Source: a virus
Lineage: Duplodnaviria > Caudoviricetes
DNA length: 25,868 nucleotides
Reading direction: 5' to 3' (one strand)
Virus record (IMG/VR): IMGVR_UViG_3300027906_000135
Span: 1-25,868 of that record
Position numbers and translations under genes: made by a program. Below, in pieces: positions 1 to 9,800 of this stretch (position 1 is the first letter of the stretch; the number at the start of each line of letters is the position of its first letter). The notes under the pieces are model-generated. The model searched no databases. It was not told where the DNA came from and saw nothing but the letters and a program-made list of their open reading frames with translations.

Positions 1-1
1 A

Positions 2-307
2 GATGACTTCCGTAAGAACGGTGGTGTTATGAACCACGAAACCGTAGAGACTATCTCTAAGCGTAAGAAGCCTTTCACAGTAGACTATACAGGTTTCGGT
101 TGGGTTATGATTAAGAACGGTGTCTTCGAAGATAAGAAGATTTCCTATCCTTGGTTTGCCCCTAAGATGCAAGTCTTTGAAAGTGGTGCGGTACAGGACA
201 TGTGTGGAGAGGACGTTAGTTTCTGTTTAGATGCTATCGAAGCTGGATATGATATCTGGTGCGATCCTCGGATACGTGTAGGACATGAGAAGACGAGGGT
301 ACTTTAA
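2..307 (+). CDS. Glycosyltransferase family 2-like protein, C-terminal fragment (5'-truncated by window edge)
   Basis: The frame is open from position 2 (DDFRKNGGV-MNHET...), so ATG 29 is probably internal. It carries GT2-type C-terminal motifs: VDYTGFGWVMIKNGVFE, GEDVSFC (ED acidic motif) and GYDIWCDPRIRVGH. Resembles a conserved cyanophage protein found near the baseplate genes. Confidence 0.7.
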   Translation, partial: DDFRKNGGVMNHETVETISKRKKPFTVDYTGFGWVMIKNGVFEDKKISYPWFAPKMQVFESGAVQDMCGEDVSFCLDAIEAGYDIWCDPRIRVGHEKTRVL

Positions 308-310
308 GTT

Positions 311-451
311 ATGGCAAAATCCACTGGAGTACTCGGTAACGAGATTAAGGAGGCACGTCCGAAGAAAACTCGGCAAGGAAAAGGCAAGCACACCAAATAT
401 GCGGCCTCGTCTCGAAACAAAGCACCTAAGAGGAATAGAGGACAAGGATGA
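311..451 (+). CDS. Small highly basic hypothetical protein (46 aa), not in the ORF track
   Basis: Manual translation from ATG 311 to TGA 449-451: MAKSTGVLGNEIKEARPKKTRQGKGKHTKYAASSRNKAPKRNRGQG. It fills the gap between neighbours exactly (3 nt after the upstream stop; ATGA overlap with the next gene). 14 K/R versus 2 E. The PKKTRQG...RGQG pattern resembles small conserved ORFs of T4-like marine phages. Confidence 0.8.
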   Translation: MAKSTGVLGNEIKEARPKKTRQGKGKHTKYAASSRNKAPKRNRGQG

Positions 452-1125
452 TAGATTATGAACTAATCAATGAGAAACTATCAAGCGGATTAACACTCCG
501 CTTTGATGTTGGTCTCTCTTTTAATATGCCCAACGCTAGTAAATGGTTAAGTGATGACTCAAACGTCTATGTTATTGGAATCGAACCACATCCTGGTAAC
601 TTTAAATCTTGTTGCTCGCACTTGGAGACTCACCATGCGGGGAATAGATGTTACCTTATTGAAGCTGCTATTTCTGATGTCGGTGAATCCAGAGAGCAAG
701 ATTTCTACGGACTTAGTGGAGATCCTGGCACTAGTTCTCTTTGTCGCCCAATTGGACGATTTGAAAACCTCGTTGACAGGGTATATTCCGTCGAAACAAT
801 TAGTTTAGCATCAATTTTAGATAATTTAAATTACGAAAAGGTAGATGTACTCAAGTCTGACACTCAGGGTAATGATTTAAAGGTAATGAAAAGTGCTGGA
901 GAGCACTTAAAGAAGGTAGATTTCATCTATGCAGAGTATGATGAGTCTGATGACTATGAAGGTGGTAACACTGGAGAGGAGTTAGATGCCTATCTGGAGG
1001 AGATGGGGTTTGAATGCTATGATCGCATATATGTACCAGAAAGAAATAACAAATTAGTTGACTGCGAATACAGAAATGTAAATAGTACTGCGGATAAACT
1101 TGGACCACGTTGGAATTCTAACTAA
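448..1125 (+). CDS. FkbM-family SAM-dependent methyltransferase
   Basis: 225 aa with FkbM-like motifs in the expected order: FDVG (motif I), VIGIEPHP (acidic SAM-ribose motif), EAAISD, GTSSL, VETISLASIL, VDVLKSDTQGNDLKVMKSA (variant of LKiDvEGaE), FIYAEY, and YLEEMGF. Confidence 0.8.
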   Translation: MIDYELINEKLSSGLTLRFDVGLSFNMPNASKWLSDDSNVYVIGIEPHPGNFKSCCSHLETHHAGNRCYLIEAAISDVGESREQDFYGLSGDPGTSSLCRPIGRFENLVDRVYSVETISLASILDNLNYEKVDVLKSDTQGNDLKVMKSAGEHLKKVDFIYAEYDESDDYEGGNTGEELDAYLEEMGFECYDRIYVPERNNKLVDCEYRNVNSTADKLGPRWNSN

Positions 1126-1126
1126 A

Positions 1127-1333
1127 ATGGAAGCTCAAAACGATTTTTTAGACAATTTAGCAGCTGATCAGCATGAAAAAATGCTTCGTGAGATATGGGA
1201 AGACGATTTAACCCCTAGAAAGAAGAGGATTAATGATGGAGAACTGCATGAAAGGGCGATAATTCAAGATTTAGAGAGTGAAGACCCCTATACAAATGAT
1301 GGAGAACTGTGGAATCCAAATAAACGTGTCTAA
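1127..1333 (+). CDS. Small acidic hypothetical protein (68 aa)
   Basis: The track starts it at TTG 1100 inside the upstream gene. ATG 1127, 1 nt after the upstream TAA, is a better start: MEAQNDFLDNLAADQHEKMLREIWEDDLTPRKK... It fits the dense + strand packing. Confidence 0.7.
   Translation: MEAQNDFLDNLAADQHEKMLREIWEDDLTPRKKRINDGELHERAIIQDLESEDPYTNDGELWNPNKRV
1232..1309 (+). repeat. Exact 15-bp direct repeat AATGATGGAGAACTG (1232-1246 and 1295-1309)
   Basis: Read directly from the sequence. The copies are 63 nt apart and in frame; both encode NDGEL. Confidence 0.9.
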
Positions 1334-1336
1334 ATA
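1329..1336 (+). promoter_or_regulatory. Putative T4-type late promoter (TCTAAATA) upstream of gp25
   Basis: 7/8 match to the T4 gp55 late promoter TATAAATA. It overlaps the upstream stop codon, is followed by an A-rich leader, and lies about 20 nt before the first structural gene. Confidence 0.65.
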
Positions 1337-1355
1337 AAAGAAAATCATAGTATAA

Positions 1356-1757
1356 ATGCCCGTCGAACGAGTGTCACGGGCTTTTAAGGACATTTCCCTG
1401 TCCTTTAAGCCTCATCCTATTACAAGAGATGTAATTCCTCTCAAAAATGAGAGAGCAATCGCTCGGTCTGTTAAAAATTTAATACTTACACAACTTCAAG
1501 AACGTCCTTTTCAACCTGGATTGGGTTCTAATGTAAGTGGAAGTCTTTTTGAACTAATGGATGCAGGTTCTGCTGCTGTTATTTCTAGTGAAATAGAAAA
1601 TACTATTGATAATTTTGAGCCTAGAGTGGAATTGCAGGATGTAGAGGTAACTCCTTACTACGATTCGAATTCATTTGATATAACTATTGTATATAACATA
1701 ATAGGAATTGATATTCCAGCTCAAAAATTTAGTTTTGTATTAGAATCATTCAGATAA
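1356..1757 (+). CDS. gp25: Baseplate wedge subunit gp25 (GPW/gp25 family, sheath polymerisation initiator)
   Basis: 133 aa with FKDISLSFKPHPIT.D, AIARSVKNLILT...ERPFQPGLGS and IDNFEPRVEL, all typical gp25 motifs. It lies directly before gp6. Confidence 0.93.
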   Translation: MPVERVSRAFKDISLSFKPHPITRDVIPLKNERAIARSVKNLILTQLQERPFQPGLGSNVSGSLFELMDAGSAAVISSEIENTIDNFEPRVELQDVEVTPYYDSNSFDITIVYNIIGIDIPAQKFSFVLESFR

Positions 1758-3836
1758 ATGCCTCTTACACAGTTTACAAACCTCGATTTTGAGGATATTA
1801 AGACTCAGATTAAGGATTATCTGAGAGCAAACAGTAATTTTACTGATTTTGACTTTGAAGGATCGAATATGTCGGTCCTAATAGACACTTTAGCGTATAA
1901 TTCTTACATTACTGCTTACAATAGCAACATGGTTGCTAATGAAGTCTTTATTGATAGTGCAACATTGAGAGAAAACGTTGCTGCACTAGCAAGAAACGTT
2001 GGATATGTACCTAGAAGTAAGAAATCATCAAAAGCAAAGGTAAGTTTCTTCGTTGATACTTCAAGTTATTCAGTTGCACCTCTTACATTAACGTTAAAAT
2101 CAGGAATCGTAGCTGTTTCTAACACTTTTTCAAGTGAAAACTACAGTTTTGCCATAATGAATGACATTACTGTACCAGTTGTGAATAATATTGCAGAATT
2201 TACTGATATTGACATCTATGAAGGCTCATATTTGACTAAAACTTTCACATATAGGGAAACTGGAGACAATGTTCCTATAGAAAAGTTCATTTTACCTAAT
2301 GATGGCATTGATACATCAACAATTAACGTTACAGTGTCCCCAAATAGCACTGCAACTAATTTAAAAACAGTTTATAAGCTAACTGACAACATTATTGATG
2401 TAACTAACAACTCATTAATCTTCCTTTTACAGGAAGCAGCTGATGAAAAGTATGAAATTCTCTTTGGAGACGGTAAATTTGGTAAAAAACTCGAAGATTC
2501 TAATTTTATCAATGTACGTTACATTTCAACTAACGGAAAAGACGCAAATGGCGTAAATTCCTTTACATTTACTGGAAATATCCAAGATAACTCTGGAGTT
2601 ACAGTAACTGAAGGAATTTCTCTATTAACAACAATTGATGCTGCAAGAAATGGCGCAGATATTGAAACTGTGCAGTCAATTAAGAAATATGCACCTTTAG
2701 TTTACTCTGCTCAGAACCGTGCGGTGACTGCAGATGACTATAAAGCGATTGTTACCAAAATTTACTCTAATACTGAGTCAGTTTCTGTTTATGGTGGTGA
2801 AGATACAGAACCACCTCAATATGGAAAGGTTTTTATTAGTATAAAACCAAGAAATGGTAAATATCTCTCTTCAATTGAAAAAATTGAACTTAAGAACAAA
2901 TTAAAGAGATATACAGTCGCTGGGATCCTTCCTAACATTATAGATCTTAAATATCTGTATGTTGAGATGGATAGTAGTGTATATTACAATGCTAACGCTG
3001 TGAATAGTGTAAATGCTCTTAAAACGGCGGTTGTTAACACTTTAGATACTTATTCTAGGTCAACTGAATTAAACACCTTTGGAGCGAGATTTAAGTTCTC
3101 TAAGGCACTCCGTTTAATTGATCAAACTGACACTGCTATTACTTCTAACATCACTAGAATATCTATGAGGAGGGATTTAAGGCCTGCCTTAGCAGATTTA
3201 GCAACATATGAACTTTGTTATGGTAATGCCTTTAATGTTAACTCATTAAATGGATATAATATTAAATCTTCTGGATTTACCATTAGTGGTGTAAGTGGAA
3301 CTGTTTATCTTTCAGATATACCTAATGCAGATAGAAAAACAGGAAGATTGATTGTATTTAAATTATTAGCATCAAATCAAGTTGCTGTAATTAGGAATAA
3401 TGTTGGAACAATTGATTATACTAGAGGTGAAATATTAATCAACGCATTAATAATTAACTCAACAACTATTAGTACTGATCAACCAATTATTCAAATTAGT
3501 GGTACACCTAAGTCATATGACGTTATCGGATTACAGGATCTTTATTTGCAACTAGATAATAGTAACAGTCTCGTTACTATGGTTTCTGATACTATTTCTT
3601 CTGGTGCTGATATATCTGGTTCTAACTATGTCGTTAGTTCTAGTTTCCCTAACGGAAGAGATGATCGTGAATCTCCTTTAGTAAGGGGTGTCCCACAATA
3701 TACATCAATAACTGGAACTGAATCGTCTACAGTACAAGAAGTTGATACTTCTTATGCTACGACATATACAACATCTACATCATTCAACTCACAAAAAGTA
3801 ACAGGCAACCAAACTAGCGGCGGTTATTCATACTAA
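1758..3836 (+). CDS. gp6: Baseplate wedge subunit gp6
   Basis: 692 aa with LDFEDIK..IKDYL...FTDFDFEGS.MSVLIDTLAYN, FIDSATLRENV..LAR..GYVPRS, YEILFGDGKFGK, AQNRAVTADDY and PPQYGKVFISIKP, which are T4 gp6/baseplate J-like signatures. Synteny gp25-gp6-gp7-gp8. Confidence 0.95.
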   Translation: MPLTQFTNLDFEDIKTQIKDYLRANSNFTDFDFEGSNMSVLIDTLAYNSYITAYNSNMVANEVFIDSATLRENVAALARNVGYVPRSKKSSKAKVSFFVDTSSYSVAPLTLTLKSGIVAVSNTFSSENYSFAIMNDITVPVVNNIAEFTDIDIYEGSYLTKTFTYRETGDNVPIEKFILPNDGIDTSTINVTVSPNSTATNLKTVYKLTDNIIDVTNNSLIFLLQEAADEKYEILFGDGKFGKKLEDSNFINVRYISTNGKDANGVNSFTFTGNIQDNSGVTVTEGISLLTTIDAARNGADIETVQSIKKYAPLVYSAQNRAVTADDYKAIVTKIYSNTESVSVYGGEDTEPPQYGKVFISIKPRNGKYLSSIEKIELKNKLKRYTVAGILPNIIDLKYLYVEMDSSVYYNANAVNSVNALKTAVVNTLDTYSRSTELNTFGARFKFSKALRLIDQTDTAITSNITRISMRRDLRPALADLATYELCYGNAFNVNSLNGYNIKSSGFTISGVSGTVYLSDIPNADRKTGRLIVFKLLASNQVAVIRNNVGTIDYTRGEILINALIINSTTISTDQPIIQISGTPKSYDVIGLQDLYLQLDNSNSLVTMVSDTISSGADISGSNYVVSSSFPNGRDDRESPLVRGVPQYTSITGTESSTVQEVDTSYATTYTTSTSFNSQKVTGNQTSGGYSY

Positions 3837-6800
3837 TGATAGAAACTAGAGCCAAAACCTATTCTGTAGTCTCTAACCAGATTCCAGAAATGATTCAGGA
3901 TGAATCTCCTTTGTTTGGAGAATTCTTGGAGCAATATTATAAATCGCAAGAATTCCAAGGTGGACCAATAGACCTTGCTGAGAATATTGATCAATATATC
4001 AAAAATGATTCTTTTCGTCAATCAGATCTTGTTACATCTACTAATTTAGATGGAGCAATTACTGCATATGATACAACCATTGCAGTTAACTCTACTGTAG
4101 GTTTTCCTGAGAGATATGGATACTTAAAGATTGGTAGTGAGATAATAACTTATACAAGTAAAGATAAAAGACAGTTTTTTGGATGTGCTCGTGGATTTAG
4201 TGCGATAACATCTTTATTCAATAGTGCTGAAAGTGATAAACTTGTATTTTCTACATCATCTTCAGCAGAACATGCAGATGATGCTACAGTAACTAATTTA
4301 AGTAATCTCTTCCTTGCTGAGTTTTTCAAAAAATATAAAGAACTTTATGTTCCTGGTTTAGAAGATAGAAGTTTTGTTAAAGGACTTGATCAAGCTTTAT
4401 TTGCAAAACAAGCAAAAGATCTCTATGTAACGAAAGGTACTGATGATTCTTTTGAAATATTGTTCCGTGCTCTATATGGTTCAAAGGCATCGATTATAAA
4501 ACCATTTGAACAGACTATTAAACCATCTGATGCTGATTACAGAATTACAGAGGATTTAGTTGTTGTTGCATTGTCTGGTAATCCTTCTAAATTAAGAGGG
4601 CAGACATTATACCAAGATGCTGTTGATGGTGTTCTTAACTATTCATATGGTTCAATTGCTGATGTAATTTCATATGATCGTGATGGTAATAAGTATTATC
4701 AAATAAGTCTTGATGCTGGTTCTGATAAAGATATTAGTGAATCTGGTTCTATCTACGGTAAGTTTAGTGTTACTCCAACAACCAGAGCAGTAACAGATGA
4801 AGTTGCTAGTGTTAATACAATATATGTTGACTCCACAATAGGTTTTCCTGAATCAGGAACATTAATTATTGGTTCTGTTGAAGTTACTTATACTAATAAA
4901 ACTACAAACCAATTTTTAGGATTATCTGGTAATAGTAATGCTGTCAGTAGAAATGATTTAATAAGATTAAAATCTAGTATCTATGGATATGATGTTGATG
5001 GTAATAAAATAACTGTAAGAATAACTGGTGTTGTTACTGACTTTGTAATTCCAGGACCAAGTAAGCAAATGGTTACTGGTGATTTAATCGATGTTCAGAA
5101 CCTTGGTATTTTAGAAGATACAAATAAATCTTTTACAGAATGGATTTATAATGTACCTAATGTTTTTAATGTAGAGACTGTTGATGATATTGGTAATGGA
5201 AACCATAAAATCACATGTCCAGAAGTTCATCTTTTATATGTTGGTGATAAAGTAACTCTTATTAACCAAGATAATAGTGCAGAGAATAGTGCTGAAGTTG
5301 TTGATATACCTTCTAATAAGATTGCAATTCTTAGTGGATTGGGATCTATAGATTTAACAGCAATATTTAAAGCAAGAAATGATTTAATTAGGGCAGAAGT
5401 ACTTCCTGCTGTTAAACAACCAACTTATAAATTTAGTGCAAACGTTTCTAATGCATATAACTTAGATGTAGTTGGTATTGTTAGTGGAGTTCCATATGCT
5501 GGTCCATATCATACTCATAATGGGAAAAAGATGGTGGGACCAAAGCATACTGCTGCTCCCCATGATTTTATTGAAGGTGAACCATCACAACAAACATATG
5601 TTACATCTGCATCTATACCATATTATGCAAATCAACAACTTAATGCTGATTTAAGAGGTATTTCAGTAAAGATTGCTGCTACTTTTGCTGGTGAAACGAT
5701 TTCAACATCCAGAAGTCATGATTTTATCACTGGTGACGAAGTTTATTATATTCCAGGTACTGTAACTACATCTTCGTTGATTGATGGAGTTGTTTCTACT
5801 TCTACAACTGCAAAAACTTTAGATCCTTTAACAGAAGGTTCATATTATGCTTATAAAGTTGATGACCAATCATTTAAATTAGCATATTCTCGTGCAAACA
5901 TCGACGCTGGTAAATTTATTGATTTGACGGGTAATGTAGCTGGTATTACTACACATGAATTTGCAAGTAGACTTAAAGATAAAGCAATTGACTCCCAGAG
6001 ACTTGTAAGAAGGTTTTCTGAACCAGTATTTGATTCTTCTGGAGATGAATTTACAACAACACCTGGTGAAAAAACAGGTATGTTCGTAAATGGTGTTGAA
6101 CTTGCTAATTATAAGTCAAGAGATTCCATTTATTATGGAGAATTGGAGTCAGTTAGAGTTCTAAATGGTGGAAGTGGACATGATATCATAAATCCACCAG
6201 AATTGCTTATTACTGATAATGCTGGTGTTGGTGCAACTGGGCATGTTAACGTAAAAGGTTCTTTTGAGAGGATAGATGTAAAATATGCTGGATTTGATTA
6301 CCTAGAAAAACCACAAATTACAATTTCTGGTGGTAATGGCGCAGATGCTAAGGCAGAAGCTAAAATGAAGCAAGGGACACATTCTTCTTCCCTTGACGTA
6401 CAGGTTGGTATTAATACAAGTGATAATTTAGTCGGATTCACCACATATCATCTTTTCAATGCTGGTGAAAGAGTATTTTACCGTCAAAACAAAGGTACAG
6501 CAGTTGGTACTGGAACAACCACTTTAGGTGACGGTGCAATCTACTTTGTAGGACTTTCTAGCAATACAGCTATTACATTACACTCTGATTTTGATGATGC
6601 TATTGCTGGAATCAATACAGTTGACTTATCTGAAAAGGGATCAGGTACTCAGACTTTTGAAAGTGTCAAAAAGAAAAATGTTGTTGATAAAATCTTTATA
6701 ACCAATCCTGGAAGTGGTTATGAGTATAAAAAGAGAACTGTTATTAGTACTGGTATTAATACTGCTCAAAATACTATTAATATTAAAGATCATGGATATA

Positions 6801-9800
6801 AGAACGGAGAAATCTTAACTTATGAGACAACTGGGACTGTAATTAGTGGATTAGTAACAACAACACAATATAAAGCTCTTGTTGTTGATAATGATAACTT
6901 TAGAGTAGCAACTGCTGGTGTTGCAGGTACTATTACTGAATCATATGATAATGGAACTTATGTGAGGTTTACTGGTGTTGGTGTTGGAACTCATATCTTT
7001 AATTATCAACCTATATCAGTTTCAATAAGTGGAGAACTTGGTATTTCATCTTCTTTGGGTGATTATCATGCAACTATGATTCCAGTTGTAAGAGGTTCTG
7101 TAACTTCTATTGATTTAACTCAAAAGGGTAGTGGATATGGTAATGCTTCTATTGTAAGTTATGATAGAACACCAAATATCGATTTTCTTGCTGGCTCTGG
7201 TGCTGAACTTCGTCCAGTTGTTCAAGATGGTAAAATTGATCAGGTTATTGTTACTAGAGGAGGAACTGGATATAATGCACCTCCAGAAATCATTACATCT
7301 GGTATTGGTACATACGCAACATTAACACCTGTTATAGAAGGCGGTGTAATCACCTCTGTAACCGTTGTTAATGGTGGTGTTGGATTTGTTACTGATAGAT
7401 CTTTCTTAAGCGTAGAGACTGCTGTAGATGCCTCTGGAAGAGCACCTGTAGTTAAACCAGAAATTAAGAGATGGGAACTCGATAATGTAACTCGTTATAA
7501 GAAACTCATCAAACTTGATGATGGATTTATGGAGAATAGTACTGGAACTTATGGTTCTCAGTTTACTCATTTATATGCTCCTAGAAAACTAAGAGAGATG
7601 CTTCCTTCTCTCAAATTAGATGGAAATAAAGATTATGGTACATATGATTTAAACTATGAAAATGCAGAAGAAGTCTCTGATAACCATTCACCAATCATTG
7701 GATTTGCATATGATGGTAACCCAATATATGGACCATATGGATTCAATAGGATAGATGGTGGTACTATCAGGAGAATGATTCCTGGATATGAACTTAATGC
7801 TACTAGACAACTTGGACCTACTGTTGGTGATTGGCCTTTAGGTTCATTTACTAATGACTATACATTTACCAATAAAGGTGATTTAGACAAGTATAATGGA
7901 CGTTTCTGTAAGACTCCTGATTATCCATCAGGTACTTATGCATACTTTACAACTATTGATAGTTCTTCCCAACAAGATGCTACTTTTGATAAGTACTTTA
8001 CTCCAGTATTCCCATACGTAGTTGGAGAGTCATTTAAATCTAAACCAGATTCTTATAACTTTAGTCCTAACTCAATAACAGATAAAGTTGATCTAGAAAA
8101 TGGTGGATATGTAAGAAATATCTATCCATATAAACTTTCATTTAATGCTAGTGATTATCCTTACGTTGCACGTCCTGATAAGACTATTGACGACTTTGCT
8201 TCTATAGTTTATGCACAAACGGGTGAAGTAGAATCTGTTAAGATTGAAAATGGTGGTTATGAATATAAAGTTAATGATAGAGTTGTATTTGATGATGTTG
8301 GTACAGGTGGAATTAACGCATCTTCCAAAGTAAGTAAGATTACAGGAAAGAATATAGTTAAAATTTCTTCTTCTACTACCAAAAAGGATAATGTTACTTT
8401 TGAGGTATTAAAAGATGAGAGAAAAATTCTTGCAAGAACTCCAGCACCTCATGACTTTAAAGACGGGGATTATGTTAGTGTTTCTGGAATATCTTCTCAA
8501 TCTATAGTTAATCTTGATGGTGTTTATACCATTGGTGTTAATACGTCTACCTTTAAATCTTCTGCTGGTATTGGAAGTACTGGTAGCACAGGTATTGTTA
8601 CATTTATACCTATTAATGGTGATGTAGACGTTCTTCAACCAACTGATGTTATTGGAATATCTACAGAAAAACTTTTTGTTGTTAACGTTGATTCATATAA
8701 TTCTAGAGTTAGAGTTATACGTGAATATGGTGGAACAGTTGGTACAGCATATACTGCTGGAATTATTATTGAAGAAAAACCACGTGAATTAACAATTAAC
8801 GTTGGTGTAAACACTGATGCAGAAATTAAATTACAGAAGAGTGTTTATTTCAATCCTTTAGATGTTGTTGGACTAGGAACTACTTCTGGTGTTGGTATTA
8901 ACAGTACTATATCAGTTATTGCACCTGGATTAGCATCCACAGATATTGCTATCCCAACAAGGTCAATTTATCTTCCTAATCATAAATTTACGACTGGAGA
9001 ATCTTTAACCTACTCTTCCGGTGGTGGAACTGTTGTTTCAGTATCTACTGATGGTGTTAATAACTTCAATCTTCCCTCTCAGGTGTATTCAGTTAAATTA
9101 GGACAGAATACCATTGGATTGACTTCAATGCCTGTTGGAATGGGTTCTGAGGGTGTTCTAGTAGGTGTTGCATCTACTGCTGCAGAACAACTCTATTTCC
9201 ATAGTGTTGGTACTGGAGTAACTCATTCATTAACAACTCAAGATACTGAATTGACTGGTAGTTTAGAGAAAGTTGTTGTTACTGCAACTGCAACTACTGC
9301 TCATGGACTTGGAGTTGGTGATACTGTATTCTTAGATGTATTACCTGGAATTACTAGTGCATATACTGTAAAATATAATGAGTACAATAGAAAATTCTCG
9401 GTAGGGTTCTCAACCTTTACTCAATCTGGTGTTAATATATCTTCAAATATTATATCCATTACTAATCATGGATATTCAACAGGTGATAAGATTATATACG
9501 AATCAGCAGGACCAGTTGGTGGTCTAATAGACAATACCGCATATTTTGTAATTAAAGATAGTAATGATTCAATTAAGTTAGCAACTAATTATCATAATGC
9601 AACTATTCAATATCCTCTTCCAGTAGGACTAACTTCTACTGCTGGTGCTGATATAGTTCATTACATTAATCCAATTAACCCACTTATTAATCTAACTAGA
9701 GGACAAAAGTTAGAACTTAATGTTGCTGATAGTACTTTAGCTAATGTTTCTGGTGGTACAACTTATTCTGCATATGCAGTTAATTTCTTTAGAGATAAAG

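Noticed and set aside
227-445. 72-aa minus-strand ORF
   Set aside because: Antisense to the GT-like gene and the 46-aa basic ORF, which fit the + strand operon exactly; no recognisable motifs.
551-1108. Alternate-frame ORFs 551-808 (+) and 923-1108 (-)
   Set aside because: Nested in the FkbM gene with shadow-frame composition; no independent support.
1100-1126. TTG start given in the track for the 77-aa ORF
   Set aside because: It overlaps the upstream gene by 26 nt; ATG 1127 right after the stop is more parsimonious.
1356-1757. Lysozyme activity for gp25
   Set aside because: The 'lysozyme' label on gp25-family proteins is a legacy annotation; the established role is structural and the sequence shows nothing supporting catalysis.
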